Source: Octopus sinensis (lineage: Eukaryota). Taken from it: a stretch of 64,000 bases of DNA. Below, in pieces: positions 1-13,591 of the stretch (the first letter of the stretch is position 1; each line of letters opens with the position of its first letter). The notes beneath the pieces are model-generated. The model saw only the letters and a program-made list of their open reading frames with translations, did not search any database and had not been told where the DNA came from. Location of the stretch: the NCBI RefSeq assembly GCF_006345805.1, contig NC_043011.1, forward strand, positions 55,502,464 to 55,566,463. Direction: 5' to 3'. Position numbers and translations under genes: made by a program.

Positions 1-1248
1 GTTCGAAGTATAAAATCGTCAAAGCACAATGACCCACAATATCTAATAATGTCGCGGAATTATTTGACAAGTAATAGAGCTGTGAATGTGTTATTCCATT
101 TGGTGTGTGCGATTCCGAGCTATGCTTTCTTGCAGGCGAGGCCAAGTTAAATTAATATAAATTATAATTCCATTCACAACTAAGATATAGTAAAAAATAC
201 AAATCAATCTTAGTATAAGACTATTTTGCCCTCGAAAATATGGAAGATAGAGTTGACCTCGGTCAGATCTGAACACTAGACAGCAACTAAACACTTAGTA
301 TTTTGCTCAACTCTCTAACGAGTCTTCTATTGTACCGTTAAGGTAATCCGTAGAAGAGCCAATTGACAAAACGTCTGACTAAAAGCTTCCTCGAATAGTT
401 TTATATTAAGTTCTGGGTTCAACTTGCACCGGAATCGATTTTTGCCATTCCTCATCTCGGTTTCACAAAGACAAGTAACAATACTAAAGAGAGTCAATGG
501 ACTCGATAATAAAACTTGACCTGCTGACAAGAAAAAGAAAAAAATCAATTGAAAGCACGCGGATATTTTGTGGTGTTCTAATTTTTTTCTTTTTTAGTAG
601 TAACAAAGAAATTGTAGATAAACTGAATGAGTAAATTATCCGTACACTCATTAATATTCCTCGTGTGTGTCCATAGTCTTTTGAACGATTCAGCCGATCG
701 AATAACATGGTTTGTTGCTGGTACTTAGCCCCCGTCAAGCCTTGTAGAGAGATCAATAATCAAGGGGTTTCCAAGCGTGACTACCACGTCTTCATGTATA
801 TCAAGGACTAGACAGTCGAAAATTTTTTTTTTATTTTTGAAACAGTTGGTGGTAATTTGAAAATTTCGATTTTTTTTCCAACTCAAATATCTTCAAATAA
901 TATTTACCGATCAGGTTTTGACGTGAAGGTCTCAATAGCCTTGGCTCAACCAATTCGTTTCAGATCTTACACTGGAGATCAAAGGAGAATTTACTGGCGC
1001 ATTTTGGAAAGTTCGAAATTGCTGACAGACTTCGTATTGAAAGTCAGACCTCACTCCGCAACAACGCAAAAAAATTTAATTAAAATAAAATTAAAAAAAT
1101 AAAAAACCTCCCACCTATGTTTAAAGTTAAAAATTGGTAAATTTAGAGAGAAAAACTTACCTCGTTCTATTACGTGAAAAAAATTAAATTAACTCGTTTT
1201 CAACCGCACGGATTTTCTGAAGTCATAATTACACACAAATACACACAC

Positions 1249-1329
<81 letters not shown>

Positions 1330-1534
1330 GTGTATATGTGTGTGTGTGTTTGTCCCCCTAGCATTGCTTGACAACCGATGCTGGTGTGTTTACGTCCCCG
1401 TCACTTAGCGGTTCGACAAAAGAGACCGATAGAATAAGTACTGGGCTTACAAAGAATAAGTCCCGGGGTCGATTTGCTCGACTAGAGGCGGTGCTCCAGC
1501 ATGGCCGCAGTCAAATGACTGAAACAAGTAAAAG
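1330..1534 (+). mobile_element. SINE family 1, 3' half
   Basis: Matches 33190-33385 almost exactly; embedded in TA/TG microsatellites. Confidence 0.85.
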
Positions 1535-1616
<82 letters not shown>

Positions 1617-2438
1617 CATACATACACACACAGATGTATATTTGTATATGCGTGTATGTATCTGTATGTGTGTACGTACGTACTTATGTATGTATGTATG
1701 TATGTATGTATGTATGTATGTATGTATGTATTTATGTATGTATGTATAAAGCTGCGGCCCAACGTTTGAGAACCAATTTTTAAAAAATGCTTTTGTCAAA
1801 CGTAATTTGTGAATTCTAGTTGTAAAGACGAATATCAATAATGCAGAACCCAATCATCACAGATTCTATTCCAATCGGTTGTTAAACATTATTCTGGGCT
1901 CCATCGTTCCATATTAATGCCCTTCTCTTCTATTTTCCCGTTTTATATGATAAAAAAAATATAAAGATAAATATTTAAATACTTACAAAACCGAAGATCA
2001 CAAAGTAACCCAATGGTAACACCAACGACTAATCTAGCTATCCTTGGGAAAAAAGGGTGATTTCTAAGAATTCTTTTTGGAGAACCTTTTAATCGTACTT
2101 TAAGTGGGACAACGATGTATTTGAAATAAGAGCCTGGCGACCTCAATTCTAGGGAGCCGCCCTTCAGCTCCATCGCGGGTTCAGGCAATTATTTTATTAA
2201 AGTATAAGCTTTCCTTAGACCGTTTAACCTATTTTTCTGATTCTACTATTCAAGACACTCTAAAAAAAGATAAAGGAAATCAAACCCTTAAACTAATCTC
2301 CTGTGATTCGACAAATTCATTTATCTTGGAGGTGGGACCCAATTATTCGGCATTTGGAACTACATGAACGGACGATCTCTTCAATGACAATTCCCAACTC
2401 TATTTTCTATTGACAATAAAGATCTATAGAACTAGAAT

Positions 2439-2536
2439 TCAGTTTCTTATAGAATGACCTTTTAAACGGGTATCTAGATTTCCAAAATACCCAGGAATTA
2501 ATATGTCCACAGACGCCCTTTCTGTGGGTAATTTTT
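2439..2536 (-). CDS. Candidate second exon of a 57-aa peptide
   Basis: ttttgtgttag|AA acceptor is in phase with the 3174 donor, giving (E)KLPTERASVDILIPGYFGNLDTRLKGHSIRN*. Confidence 0.22.
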
Positions 2537-3173
2537 CTAACACAAAATTAAATTCTTTGTCACCACACACACGCACACATCCACATACTATTATCATTAT
2601 TATTATTATTATTATTATTATACATATATACATAGATATGTCCATATACATACACACATACATGCCTACATACATACATATATACATGCCTACATAAATA
2701 CATACATACATGTCTACATGCATACGTACGTACATACATACATACACATACACACACATTTACAGTATTTCTGCGTGTATATTTACCGATATAATGTTTA
2801 CTTATTGTATTTTAAAATTAAATTAACTGCTTCTTCTGCAGGTGTAAAGTATAAGTACACACACACACAATGTGGCGCAATATAGATGTATAATATATAC
2901 AAATAGATAAGGACACACACACACATCTAGAAAATGGTCATCTAATTATTATATATGATATATATAAGCACAGTGTTATTTGCCTATTTTCAGTATTTCA
3001 TCATCCACAGCAAACTTCGCCAATATTCTTTCATCACACAAAACCCACATGTACCATCAAATTTACACATCACATGTAATATATACACCCACATATATAC
3101 ATATACGAGAGGTAGGTGCGTCATTTACCGTATCGTAGACTCTGCAGCGATGATAGATCCTCTCTCATTTTAC

Positions 3174-3249
3174 CTGAGAATCGTTGATGACAGGTGAGGA
3201 GTGTTGTCAATAGAAGCTGCCAGCTGTGTCGACTACACACAGCCACCAT
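3174..3249 (-). CDS. Candidate first coding exon with a signal-peptide-like sequence
   Basis: ggaATGG start; MVAVCSRHSWQLLLTTLLTCHQRFS followed by CAG|gtaaaa (phase 1). Preceded by a GA-rich leader-like tract. Confidence 0.3.
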
Positions 3250-3629
3250 TCCAGTAGTCCAACTCTCTTCAACACCCTCACACTTACACTCACACTCAAC
3301 AATAGTGAAACTATAACTCATACCCTTCCCCCCCTTTTTTTTCTTCTATCCTCGCCTCCGCTTTACGCTTCTCCATCTCTCTCCCTCTTTCTTCAACTTT
3401 TTCTCTCTCTCTCTCTTCGCCTTCTCTCTCTCTCTCTCCATCTCTTCTCCCCCTCTTCTCCCTCTCTCATATAAAACTATATTAATTATTCAATGTCACT
3501 TTATGCCTATGGTTTTGTTGCTTCAAAATCAATTTTAATGCTCCTACACAGACTACATTCATGCACACACACACACACACACACCTATTCATATCCTTAT
3601 CTCTGTGCGCGCGCGTATATACATATATA

Positions 3630-3800
3630 CATGTATGTATGTATGTATGTATGTATGTATGTATGTATGTATGTATGTATGTATGTATCTGTATGTATGT
3701 ATGTATGTAGTATGTATGTATGTATGTATGTATGTATGTATGTATGTATGTATGTATGTATGTATGTATGTATGTATGTATGTATGTATGTATGTATGTA
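3630..3800. repeat. (TATG)n microsatellite
   Basis: Directly visible; similar tracts at 1680-1745, 4762-4825 and 4945-4980. Confidence 0.97.
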
Positions 3801-3949
3801 GTACAGTTAAGAAGAGAACTACTTACTACAGAAAACGAGTGTAAATATTTATTGTGTTAAAACCACGCTCTGTTACTACACACATTGACCTCAGCACGAC
3901 AATAAATTGATGTATGTGTACAAGCGTGTGATTATATATATATATAAAT

Positions 3950-3950
3950 G

Positions 3951-4033
<83 letters not shown>

Positions 4034-4056
4034 GTCTGTCTGTCTGTCTATCTATC

Positions 4057-4124
<68 letters not shown>

Positions 4125-4145
4125 GTCTGTCTGTCTGTCTATCTA
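3950..4145. repeat. (TCTA)n/(TCTG)n compound microsatellite
   Basis: Directly visible. Confidence 0.97.
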
Positions 4146-4574
4146 TATACTACCCCCCACACACAGACGAATTCGCTTAGACATAGCGATACTTAATAAC
4201 CAGTTACTAGAGCTCAACACACTCATGCTTCCGAGCTAAGAGTCAGGAGAGTACAGAGCATTATATCAGTTAAAGAATGACAATAGAACATCAATTATGT
4301 AAACGACTTCATTAGCTTACAGCTGTTTCTGTTAACTGAAGCCTTGCGGTCAGAGCTGAGTGAGCGTGTGGTATCTCATAGCTTCCTCAGAGCCATTTAA
4401 ACGAAGTTTATTGTTACTGAGAAACACAGCCCTCCCCAAGCACCGCACCACTTGAGTTTGAAGGAGAAACGAAGGTAGTCACCTGAATGTATAAATGTGA
4501 ATCTATGTATGTGTGTGTGTGTGTGTGTTTGTATGTGTTTTATGTATGCATGTATATGTGTATGTTTGTATGTA

Positions 4575-4743
4575 TGTATGCATATGTGGCTGCGCGATAA
4601 GATGTTCGCTTCCCAGTCATACGGGGTTTTGGGTTCTGTCCCACTGCATGGAACTTTGGCCAAGAGTCTTCTACCATAGCCTCAAGTCAACCAAAAGTTT
4701 GTCAATAGATTCGGCAGACGGAAACTGAAAGAAGCCCGTCGTA
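4575..4743 (+). mobile_element. SINE family 1, diverged 5' half
   Basis: Aligns by eye with 32990-33145. Confidence 0.7.
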
Positions 4744-6628
4744 CACACACACACACACACGTATGTATGTATGTATGTATGTATGTATGTATGTATGTAT
4801 GTATGTATGTATGTATGTATGTATGTCATTATTCAGTTTTATTTCAAGATTTCTTGCCAATAACGAAAGAACCGGTTTCTAACCTAGATTCAAGGCTCCT
4901 TCATTGGAATTTCAACATGAACAGGGTTATTTTTGTATGTACGTATGTATGTATGTATGTATGTATGTACGTACGTATGTGTGTGTGCGTGCGCGCGCGC
5001 GCGTGTGTGTGCGTGTATGTATCTTCCAATGTGTAAAGCACAATTTTGCGCCTAAGTCTAAACTTATGCAAAAGAACGCATCTTTCCATGGATAAGCTTG
5101 TACAGACTTTGTGATTTTATCTGGGATTTGAAAAAAACAAAAAAAAAAAGAAAAATCCCAAAATTTTGCGTCACTCAATTTTCCAAGACCAACAAGAAAC
5201 TTTCAACATCGTTTTAATGTAATTTCTTCACACGCTAATGGATTGTGTGTGTGTGTGTTGGGATTTTATACAAACGGTCGGATGTTATAATAATTAACTG
5301 TAGCTAGTTTAGAGCGTTATGATTGCGAGTTCAAATCCTGCGCTGATCCACTTTGCACCGACGCGGTAACCACCAGTAGTATATTTATTAATATATCATA
5401 TAAATATACTTGGTCGGAACAGTCGGTTACATATATATATATCCGTTCAATAAATGTCTTGTGATTAATATAGCACACACACACACAAAATTATGTATGT
5501 ATATAGTGGTTGTGTCACCGAAAACGAAGTCTTTAGACTGGTTCCCTGGTAAATAACATTTTATCAATCCCGATCAAATTTCGTTTCATACTATGTAATT
5601 AGATTCCGTAGGTTAAAATAAATTAGTCTGCAGCTCATTTGCATTTTTTTGCTTGCCACGAATATAATTAACGTCTTACAATAACAGAATCTTTTCACAG
5701 AAAAAGGAAGAGAAAAAAAAAGGCAATAGTAACGCAAACAAAAATAAACAAACTTAATACATGAATATAAAAACAGACAGCAGCGGCTTTTATTTGGAAT
5801 TAATATCTTATTTTCCCTCCTGTTGCGGATTATGTTTATCAGCAATGACGTCATTTTCCCCCTCCCCTTCGTTCATTTACTTCTCCTCCTCCTCCTTTTA
5901 CTCTTTTCCCTCCTTCTTACACCTCATTAAATATACTTTTACTTTCTCTTTCTCCTTTTTTTATTATTATTTCTTCCCGTTTTTTTTCTTTTTGTTTCTT
6001 TATCCTTCCGCTTTCTCGTTTTTCGGTTCGTTTTCTTTATTCTTTTTCATTCTATCCTAATATCTTTCTGTTTTACCTTCGTCTCTTTCACCTTTAACCT
6101 TTATAAATATGTTTCTCCTCTCATCTTTTCTCTCTTTCCTCCTCATCTTCACCGCTTTCTCTCGTCCGTAATATTGTTTATCACGATTATCTTCCTTCCT
6201 CTCTATTCTCCACCCTTTTCACTGTACCCAGTGACATTTCACTATTGTTGTTGGACAACATCGACATGGAGTAAAACAGGAGCTCAGGCTGACTTTCTTT
6301 TAAGTTTTATTTAAACTTATTTTGTCATTTACGTAGCTAAAGCAAAATCGAAAGGTAGGAACTTAGAACCCTCCAAACACCATTTAATTGACCAGTAAAA
6401 CGACTTGTAAAAAAATATTGGTTTCGTTTGACCAATAACAACACCAAATTTGTTAAGGCAACTCATATAATCATTTGTAATCTTTTTCTCCCCTCTTGTT
6501 TGAGAGGTGGAAGTCAAAGCTACTGTCTTGAAACAATACCATTAACAAACATTGATTGTAATTGACTGACTTGGAATATCAGTCCATATTGGTGAGTAAA
6601 ACCTGTGGTTGTCGTTTAAACCAATCAT

Positions 6629-7272
6629 GTTTGTGAGCCACTCTCCGGCTATCTATCTGCGGCTTTATATAGCTATGGTACGACCTCACCTGGAATTTGC
6701 ATCACCGATCTGGAACCCCTATCTTGCCCAGGATATTAATCGTCTGGAAGCCGTTCAGCGACGTGCAACCAAGAGAATACCCTCCATCAGGCATTTGCCA
6801 TATTCTGAACGCCTTACTTCCCTGGGCATGGACACATTGAAACTCCGACGTCTGGCAGCTGACTTGGCAGACACCCATAAAATTATTAACCATCTTATTT
6901 ACACTAACTCTGAGCACCTCTTCAAACTCCACCTGTCTAACACCCGTGGACATGTTTACAAAGTCAGAAAACAGCACAGCTCCCATGACTTTCAGAAACA
7001 TTTTTTCACGCTGAGAGTTGCTGAAGCAAAGAACAAACTGCTGGCATCAGTTGTTAGTTGTCGGAGCACTGCATCCTTAAAAACTTCCATGCTTCCTGAG
7101 ATTCTCCAACACTACACCTGATTTTCTCCCCTCCATACACACGCAAGCATGTATCTGACTCATTCACTGTTCGCTTTCCAGACATTTGTACATTACTGCA
7201 TATACTTTATACGCACTTTTCACAAGTTGTGGTGCACCTGGGCACTGTATACAAACTTTTCTTTATTATTAT
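6629..7272 (+). mobile_element. 5'-truncated CR1/L2-group LINE
   Basis: ORF 6609..7121 contains RPHLEFASPIWNPY...RLEAVQRRATKRI...YSERL..LGMDTLKLRR and TRGH; 3' UTR and short (tta) tail follow. Confidence 0.9.
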
Positions 7273-8458
7273 AAAGATTTTATGTCTGACCAAGACTACA
7301 GGCGGTAGCAGACGACTATCTCAGTAACCAATGGGTTTGTTACGTATATATATATATATATATGCACCAGATAAATGAGCGGAAGAAAATAGTTGATATG
7401 TCCTTTACTTTGTCGTTATAATGTAAGATACTATTTCTTCAACACATTATTTTTAATTCTAAAGTTCATTTTGTAGGTAGTTAAGCTCATATTTTATTGA
7501 CTGCCAGAAGGAATAAAAGAATTTACCTCTCTGTGTTAAGTAGAGAGGATGAAAGCTGAATAGTCCTGTGGTAACAAGTCATGAGGTGAAAGAGATAGAA
7601 TTGAGTTTGGGTACTGTATTTATACATGTTGGAAAGCTGGCTGTAGGTCGGAGAACAATGGGAGGTAAACGAGTTTATCTGTGTTGAACTGAATTTAACC
7701 CAAGACTGTTAAACAATAGAACTTAACTAAGTGTGGCAATTGACCCTCATCAATTTCTAAGTGCTAATGTCAAGAACAATAGAAAGGATCTCGTAGAAAA
7801 ATCTAGGCCAAGGTTTCGATTCTTTGCTAAGATATCAAGGAAATTATTCACTATACTTTGTTTCTTGTGAGCAACAGTACTGCAGTGTGTCCATGACCAA
7901 GACTAGATTTTTTGAGATAAATTAATGTTTTTCTCATGAAAAGTTTTAAAAAATAAAACAAAAACAAAAGCAATTTTCTGAAAGTTAAAAATTAAGAATA
8001 TATTTTATTTGGTAACGGTCATTTCTTTTTTTTTTTTGCCAAATAAACACACGCACTTCATATTCGTTCTCCACTTGTTTATTACTGTTCTTCTTATTCT
8101 GACGCATGTCCATTGTCCGGAAATCTTTCGTCATACATCTGTAACCTCCTCAGTGACAAAATAAAACAGTATAAAGGGCACGGATACAAACAACATAGGA
8201 AGCGAACCCATATACACACACACAAACATATAAGGTAACTTCACAGACAGTAACTTAACAACATTTTTGACAAGATTTCATATTTTAAACATTATTTCAT
8301 GCTAAAGTTGTCATTAAATGTTGAAAGCAAACCGTGTTGAGCATGAGAAATTACACCAGTATACGAAGTTTCAAACAGTTTAGTTAAAAGAAAATAATTT
8401 TAAAAATCTATGAGCGAAACTGAATAGATCCATACCAATTATTGTTGTTGTAATTATT

Positions 8459-8981
8459 ATTGAGAGAGCAGTGCATGCCATCAAAGTGACACTGGGGTAA
8501 AATATACGAAGCCCAGTATACCCGTCATGACTACCTGCCTGGTAAGAGTGCGCCAGGCACATGCATCACAGCCATATGTGCGTGACATGATTTCATATCA
8601 AGATAAACAGCACTGGTGGGGCCCAGTTAGAATTTTCTCCAGGTTGAGTAGCCCATCCCACTCAAAAGGTCCCTGAATAAGGGTTAAGGATGTTGAACAA
8701 AACACCCATGTTTTCAGAGGTGAATTATTCAAACCCCAAAGAATCCCTCTCAACACATGGCTATGATGCTCCCCCACTACTTCTGCTCGTGATCAGAGAT
8801 GCACATATCGTCAGCCACTAAGGGACATGCTCAACTGGTTAAGGTCAAACAACTGACAAGCAAATCTGTGGTATTGAACCGAATATTTGCTGCAGCCCAT
8901 CTTTTATATCAAGACAAAACAATGTGCATGATAACACTTCCAATCAGTTAAGATCAGAAGCTATGAGAGTCTGCCTGGTAC
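8459..8981. repeat. Interspersed repeat of unknown class flanked by (ATT) tracts
   Basis: Complex ~520-bp block between two ATT microsatellites. It resembles a common octopus repeat as I recall it; no second copy in the window. Confidence 0.35.
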
Positions 8982-10360
8982 TTATTATTATTATTATTAT
9001 TATTATTCAGTAGTTTTATTTTTATCACGTGCTTTCACTGCACTACTGAGCTCAGCTCTGTGTGCCTTGGGTATGTGCTGCGGTTTGCTGTGATGTTCTT
9101 ATTGTTACTGTATTGAAAGTGTTTTATGTAGGATGTGTGCAGTGCCTAGTAGTGCTATTTTCTGTATGTTATATATATATTTGATAGTCCTGGTGTTTTT
9201 GTAATGCATTTGTTTGAATATATTCCTTCTTAGCCAAGACTGGGTAGCTAGAGACAATATGGTTTATTGCTTCTTGTCCATCTCCACATATTCTGCAGTT
9301 ATTTGTTATGTTTCTTTTCATTATATGTTTTTGGTAATTTCTGGTGGGGAGGCTTTGGTCTTTTACTGTAATTAAAAAATCCTTCAGTCTCTACTTTGAA
9401 TCCTGAGCTTCTCAGCCATTGTTGGGATTTTACTTTGTCTATTTCTTTTGCATTTAGTTTAACCCAGTATTTACCATGAAGGGGCTTTTCTTGCCATCGT
9501 TTTATCATGGTCTGTTGTTGTTGTTCAGTTTTAGTTTGGATTTCAGTTGTTTTACAGCTTTTGTTGTTTCTTCTTTTTCTTCATAGCTGTTTGGTACTAT
9601 AACATCTTTTTTTGTATCCGTCAGCTTCCTTAAAGGCTGAAAACAGTTGTTTGTTTTGTTCGTGTTTTGTGGCTATTTGTATTAGTTTTCCTTGCTTCTG
9701 AAGTAGGTATTTTTGTAGTCCTATGGTGGTTATTTTGTAATAATTTTCTAGCCGTATAAGGCCTCTACCACCTTCCATATGTTGTATATCTATAACCTTT
9801 CTATGTCAGATTTTGGGTGGTGCATCTTAAATCCTGTCATTATTTTTCTTGTTTTCCTGATTAGTTCATTTAGTGTCCAGTTAAGGATATTGTAGCTGTA
9901 ACTTATAACTGGGACGGCTAAAGTGTTGATACCTATTATCTTGTTTTTCGCATTGAGCTCTGTTTTTGGTATTCATCTAACTCGTCTAGTCTTTTTTTTC
10001 TTTCATTTGTGTGTGTTGTATTGCATCCAGTTCATTGATTCCTAAGCATTTGTATGTCTGGCTTTGATGTAATTCTCTTATATCATTTGCTTTATCTAGT
10101 GTGATGTTGCTGCTCTTAACTAGTTTTCCTCTTTTCAAGGTTGCTTCGGCACATTTTTCTAAGCTAAATTTCAAGTTTATTTCTTTGGTAAATCCATGTA
10201 GTAATGTTTCCAGATGTTTATCATTTGCCATGTACAGTTTTAGATCATCCATATATAAGAGGTGGCTGATTGTTTTGCCGTAACAGCTGTATCCACACCC
10301 AGTTCTGTTTAGCATATCAGATAACGGTGTCAGTGCCAAGCAGAAAAGGAGAAAAGTAGC
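8982..10360 (-). mobile_element. Degraded R4/Dong-like non-LTR retrotransposon (RT to 3' end) with (TAA)n tail
   Basis: Minus-strand frames give HLLYMDDLKLY (RT domain), GGRGL, WQEKPLHGKY..SQQWLRSSGFKVETEGF and a terminal KIALLGTAHILHKTLS, followed by a 3' UTR and tail at 8982-9006. Clade assignment is from recognition only. Confidence 0.8.
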
Positions 10361-10412
10361 GTACACTCAAGTGAAATTCCTCTCCTCTTTATTATATATT
10401 CATACATCCGAA

Positions 10413-11733
10413 CGTAGCAGATAACAGCTAACCTTTAGCCGCTATTTGGACCCCGTTGTGTCCACTACTCTGATTGGTTGGTACTGGCGCAATTCGTCTC
10501 TTACTCTGTCGTGCCAATCTGCAGTGTATAGCCAATTCGAGCCTTAAATAAGATCACGTGAGACAGCCTGTTCACAATCCCAGTTGAGCTTACATTTCAT
10601 TATATAAACCCACCTTCTCCTCATCTCGAGGTCTATGGTTCCACACCTTTTAAGGCCTAGCCATTGACTACACAAGACACAGCCAGTTCCAGCGACAACG
10701 TCAGACGTCCAGGTTTCAACATAGCACTGTTCGTGAATTACTTCACCAAGGATCAACAGCAAAAATACAACCTGCGAGCCAGAAGACAACAACATTACGG
10801 CAATTGCTTTCTTCGTTGCTACCATCTCTTTCTTAACGACATCAACAACATCTCTACGTACACACTCAACCAGCAACACTGCAGTTTCCAACATAGCACT
10901 GTTTATGCATCACTTCACCATAGTTAATAGCAACCATACAACCTGCGAGAACTCCTGTACAAGTAACTCAGGCAGCAGCATTACAGCCACAACTTCTCGA
11001 TACAGTATTTCAATCACTGTGTACAATTGACTATCAACTGGTATTTCTCATTCTTGTGTCTCTGAACATTCGTCTAACTTCTCATTATAGACTCTTTCAT
11101 TGTTCTCCTTCATTGTTGTTATTATATGTAGCACATGCGTCCATCCATGCCATACACACATACACTTTGTTCTCATGGCGGCGAGCTGGCAGAATTGTTG
11201 GCACGCTGGGCGAAATGCTTAACAGTATTTCGTCTGTCATTACGTTCTGAGTTCAAATTCCGCCGAGGTCAACTTCGCCTTTCATCCTTTCGGGGTCGAT
11301 AAATTAAGTACCAGTTACGCACTGGGGTTGATGTAATCGACTTAATCCCTTTGTCTTACCTTGTTTGTCCCCTCTGTGTTTAGCCCCTTGTGGGTAGTAA
11401 AGAAATAGGTATTTCGTCTGCCGCTACGTTCTGAGTTCAAATTCCGCCGTGGTCGACTTTGCCTTTCATCCTTTCGGGGTCGATAAATAAAGTACCAGTT
11501 ACGCACTGGGATCGATGTAATCGACTTAATCCCTTTGTCTGTCCTTGTTTGTCCCCTCTGTGTTTAGCCTCTTGTGGGCAATAAAGAAATAACATACACT
11601 TTGTTCTTATGACAACCTATTATTGTGTATACATGACGCACACACAGACTCACACATGTTAACTTATCAATAAATCTTTCTCTAAACCTTCTACTCGGTT
11701 GTGTCCCTCCCTTTTTCTCACCGGTACACTACA
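10413..11733 (+). mobile_element. Possible solo LTR hosting the SINE dimer
   Basis: (c/t)gtag...ctaca termini, with CCAAT-, TATA- (10601) and AATAAA-like (about 11669) motifs in order, and an internal ~170-bp duplication. No TSD found. Confidence 0.3.
11174..11591 (+). mobile_element. tRNA-headed SINE with tandemly duplicated body and 16-bp TSD
   Basis: A/B-box-like head (gagttcaaattcc). The gcctttcatcctttcggggtcgataaa..agtaccag core (MetaSINE-like, by recall) occurs twice. TSD acatacactttgttct at 11158-11173 and 11592-11607. Confidence 0.88.
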
Positions 11734-12275
11734 TGTATTACTCTAGCCTTCTGACCTGAGTTGTTATTAGATGGTCACACCACACTTTACCTCGACCGTC
11801 TATAGAGTTAGTTGCAGTCATTATTGAAACAGAACATTGAAGCTATTTCCTCGCTATTCAAAACCTCTTAACAATCAGTCACTCTTAATTCATTTCAGTT
11901 TAGTTTCAAGTCTTTCAGCATCAGACCTCCTTTATCTAGTCGACCCAGTTGAAGTTCATTAAATCCTTGCTTCCAATCCATTAAAACCAAACTCACAATC
12001 TGTCCCTTATTCAAAGCCACCTGGTGGCCATTTCTGCAACTTCGACAATTTCAAAGTTATCTCCCTTACCTTTCTCACGAACACACGTTCATTAAATTTG
12101 TGATTCTCTTCAGCAATGACGTAATCTAATTTTATTGAAGTTGCCTGGTTCATTACATTAAATTTATTAATTACAGACCTGAGCTAATTTATTATAATTA
12201 TCTCCACTTCTGAAGAATAAATATTGCATGTTTTTCTTTTCCTTCTGAAACTAAGAGTGATATTTCAATTAACAG

Positions 12276-12660
12276 TGGAGGCGCAATGGCCCAGTGGTTA
12301 GGGCAGCGGACTCGCGGTCGTAGGATCGCGGTTTCGATTCCCAGACCAGGCGTTGTGAGTGTTTATTGAGCGAAAACACCTAAAGCTCCACGAGGCTCCG
12401 GCAGGGATGGTGGTGATCCCTGCTGTACTCTTTCACCACAACTTTCTCTTACTCTTACTTCCTGTTTCTGTTGTACCTGTATTTCAAAGGGCCGGCCTTG
12501 TCACTCTCTGTGTCACGCTGAATATCCCCGAGAACTACGTTAAAGGTACACGTGTCTGTGGTATGCTCAGCCACTTACACGTTAATTTCACGAGCAGGCT
12601 GTTCCGTTGATCGGATCAACCGGAACCCTTGTCGTTGTAACCGACGGAGTGCTTCCATCC
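12276..12660 (+). mobile_element. tRNA-derived SINE with 14-bp TSD
   Basis: A box tggcccagtgg, B box ggtttcgattccc; TSD atttcaattaacag at 12262-12275 and 12661-12674. Confidence 0.88.
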
Positions 12661-12988
12661 ATTTCAATTAACAGAGAATTTTTTTGAGCATCGTTTGGTA
12701 AATCACTTCCAGATCTATTTCCTACTTTTGCAATTATTTCCCATCAATCTGTCTCTTTATTAAAATCATAGCCAATGACCCATCACCTCGAAACCTTCAA
12801 AACTCTTTATAACGTTCCCAAAACCATCCTTTCTTGAGTGATCAAGCAACCTCGCGATTGACTTTCTATGTCGCTCGTTACCTTCTCTGCTTACAAACAT
12901 CAAATTTCCCTCCATGCGTGCAAAATTATTCTTTGAAATTAATTCTTCTTTCTTTTATTAAATAGATTGTCAATCCTTTTCTGTGGAC

Positions 12989-13591
12989 ACAAAAACAATT
13001 GCAGTATGGAAGGTGTTTATAAGCCATTTAAGAAACACACAAAATGCAGCACAAGTTTTGTCAGTGAACAGGTCGCAGTCTCAAAGCGACGAAAATATTT
13101 TGACAAATCTTTATATATAAAAGAGAAGTTGTGTGTCTGTCTCCTACGATTTAGATTCCTAACTTCTCCCACATTTTGCGGTGCAGTTTAACCAAAACTG
13201 GGTATCTTATAGTCGTGATTCATATCGAGCCCTTCTGGGTATTAGCGCGCATCTACGATGAGTCTACGATTAAAAAAAAAATTTACCATCATTTTTTCCC
13301 ATTTTAATTCATTTTTTCGCTATAATATAAGGGAAGTAACTCTCTAAAAATGTCTACGATGAGTCAACGATTAAAAAAAAATTTACCATCATTTTTTTCC
13401 CATTTTTAATGCATTTTTTGCTATTTTTTGGCTATAACTCTCTAAAAATACTTACATAGTTATTTCCCTTACAAACCCGAGCAACGCCGGGCGATACTGC
13501 TAGTTAAATCTATATGTTGAAGTGAATCTAACGGTTTTTGTGTGTTTCTTAAATGGCTTAGAAACACCTTCCACGCTGCAATTGTTTTCGT
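12989..13591. repeat. Inverted-repeat (MITE-like) element interrupted by the Helitron
   Basis: 12989-13044 is the reverse complement of 13536-13591 (about 55 bp, few mismatches). Confidence 0.6.
13108..13503 (+). mobile_element. Non-autonomous Helitron-like element (396 bp)
   Basis: Starts TCTTTATATATAAAAG and ends CTAG. A GC hairpin (cccgagcaacgccggg, 13476-13491) lies about 10 nt before the end. Inserted between A and T with no TSD; has an internal ~110-bp duplication. Confidence 0.8.

Noticed and set aside
1943-2188. 81-aa minus-strand ORF ending at a gtaagt donor
   Set aside because: No recognisable homology and no convincing acceptor immediately upstream; kept only as context for the peptide-gene hypothesis.
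1174-5178. Many 60-120 aa ORFs rich in YV/CM/HT/YLSI
   Set aside because: They are translations of TA, CA, TATG and TCTA microsatellites.
12280-12350. tRNA genes at SINE heads (also 11190-11270 and 32990-33050)
   Set aside because: They have A/B boxes but no complete cloverleaf, and they continue into SINE bodies with TSDs or multiple copies.
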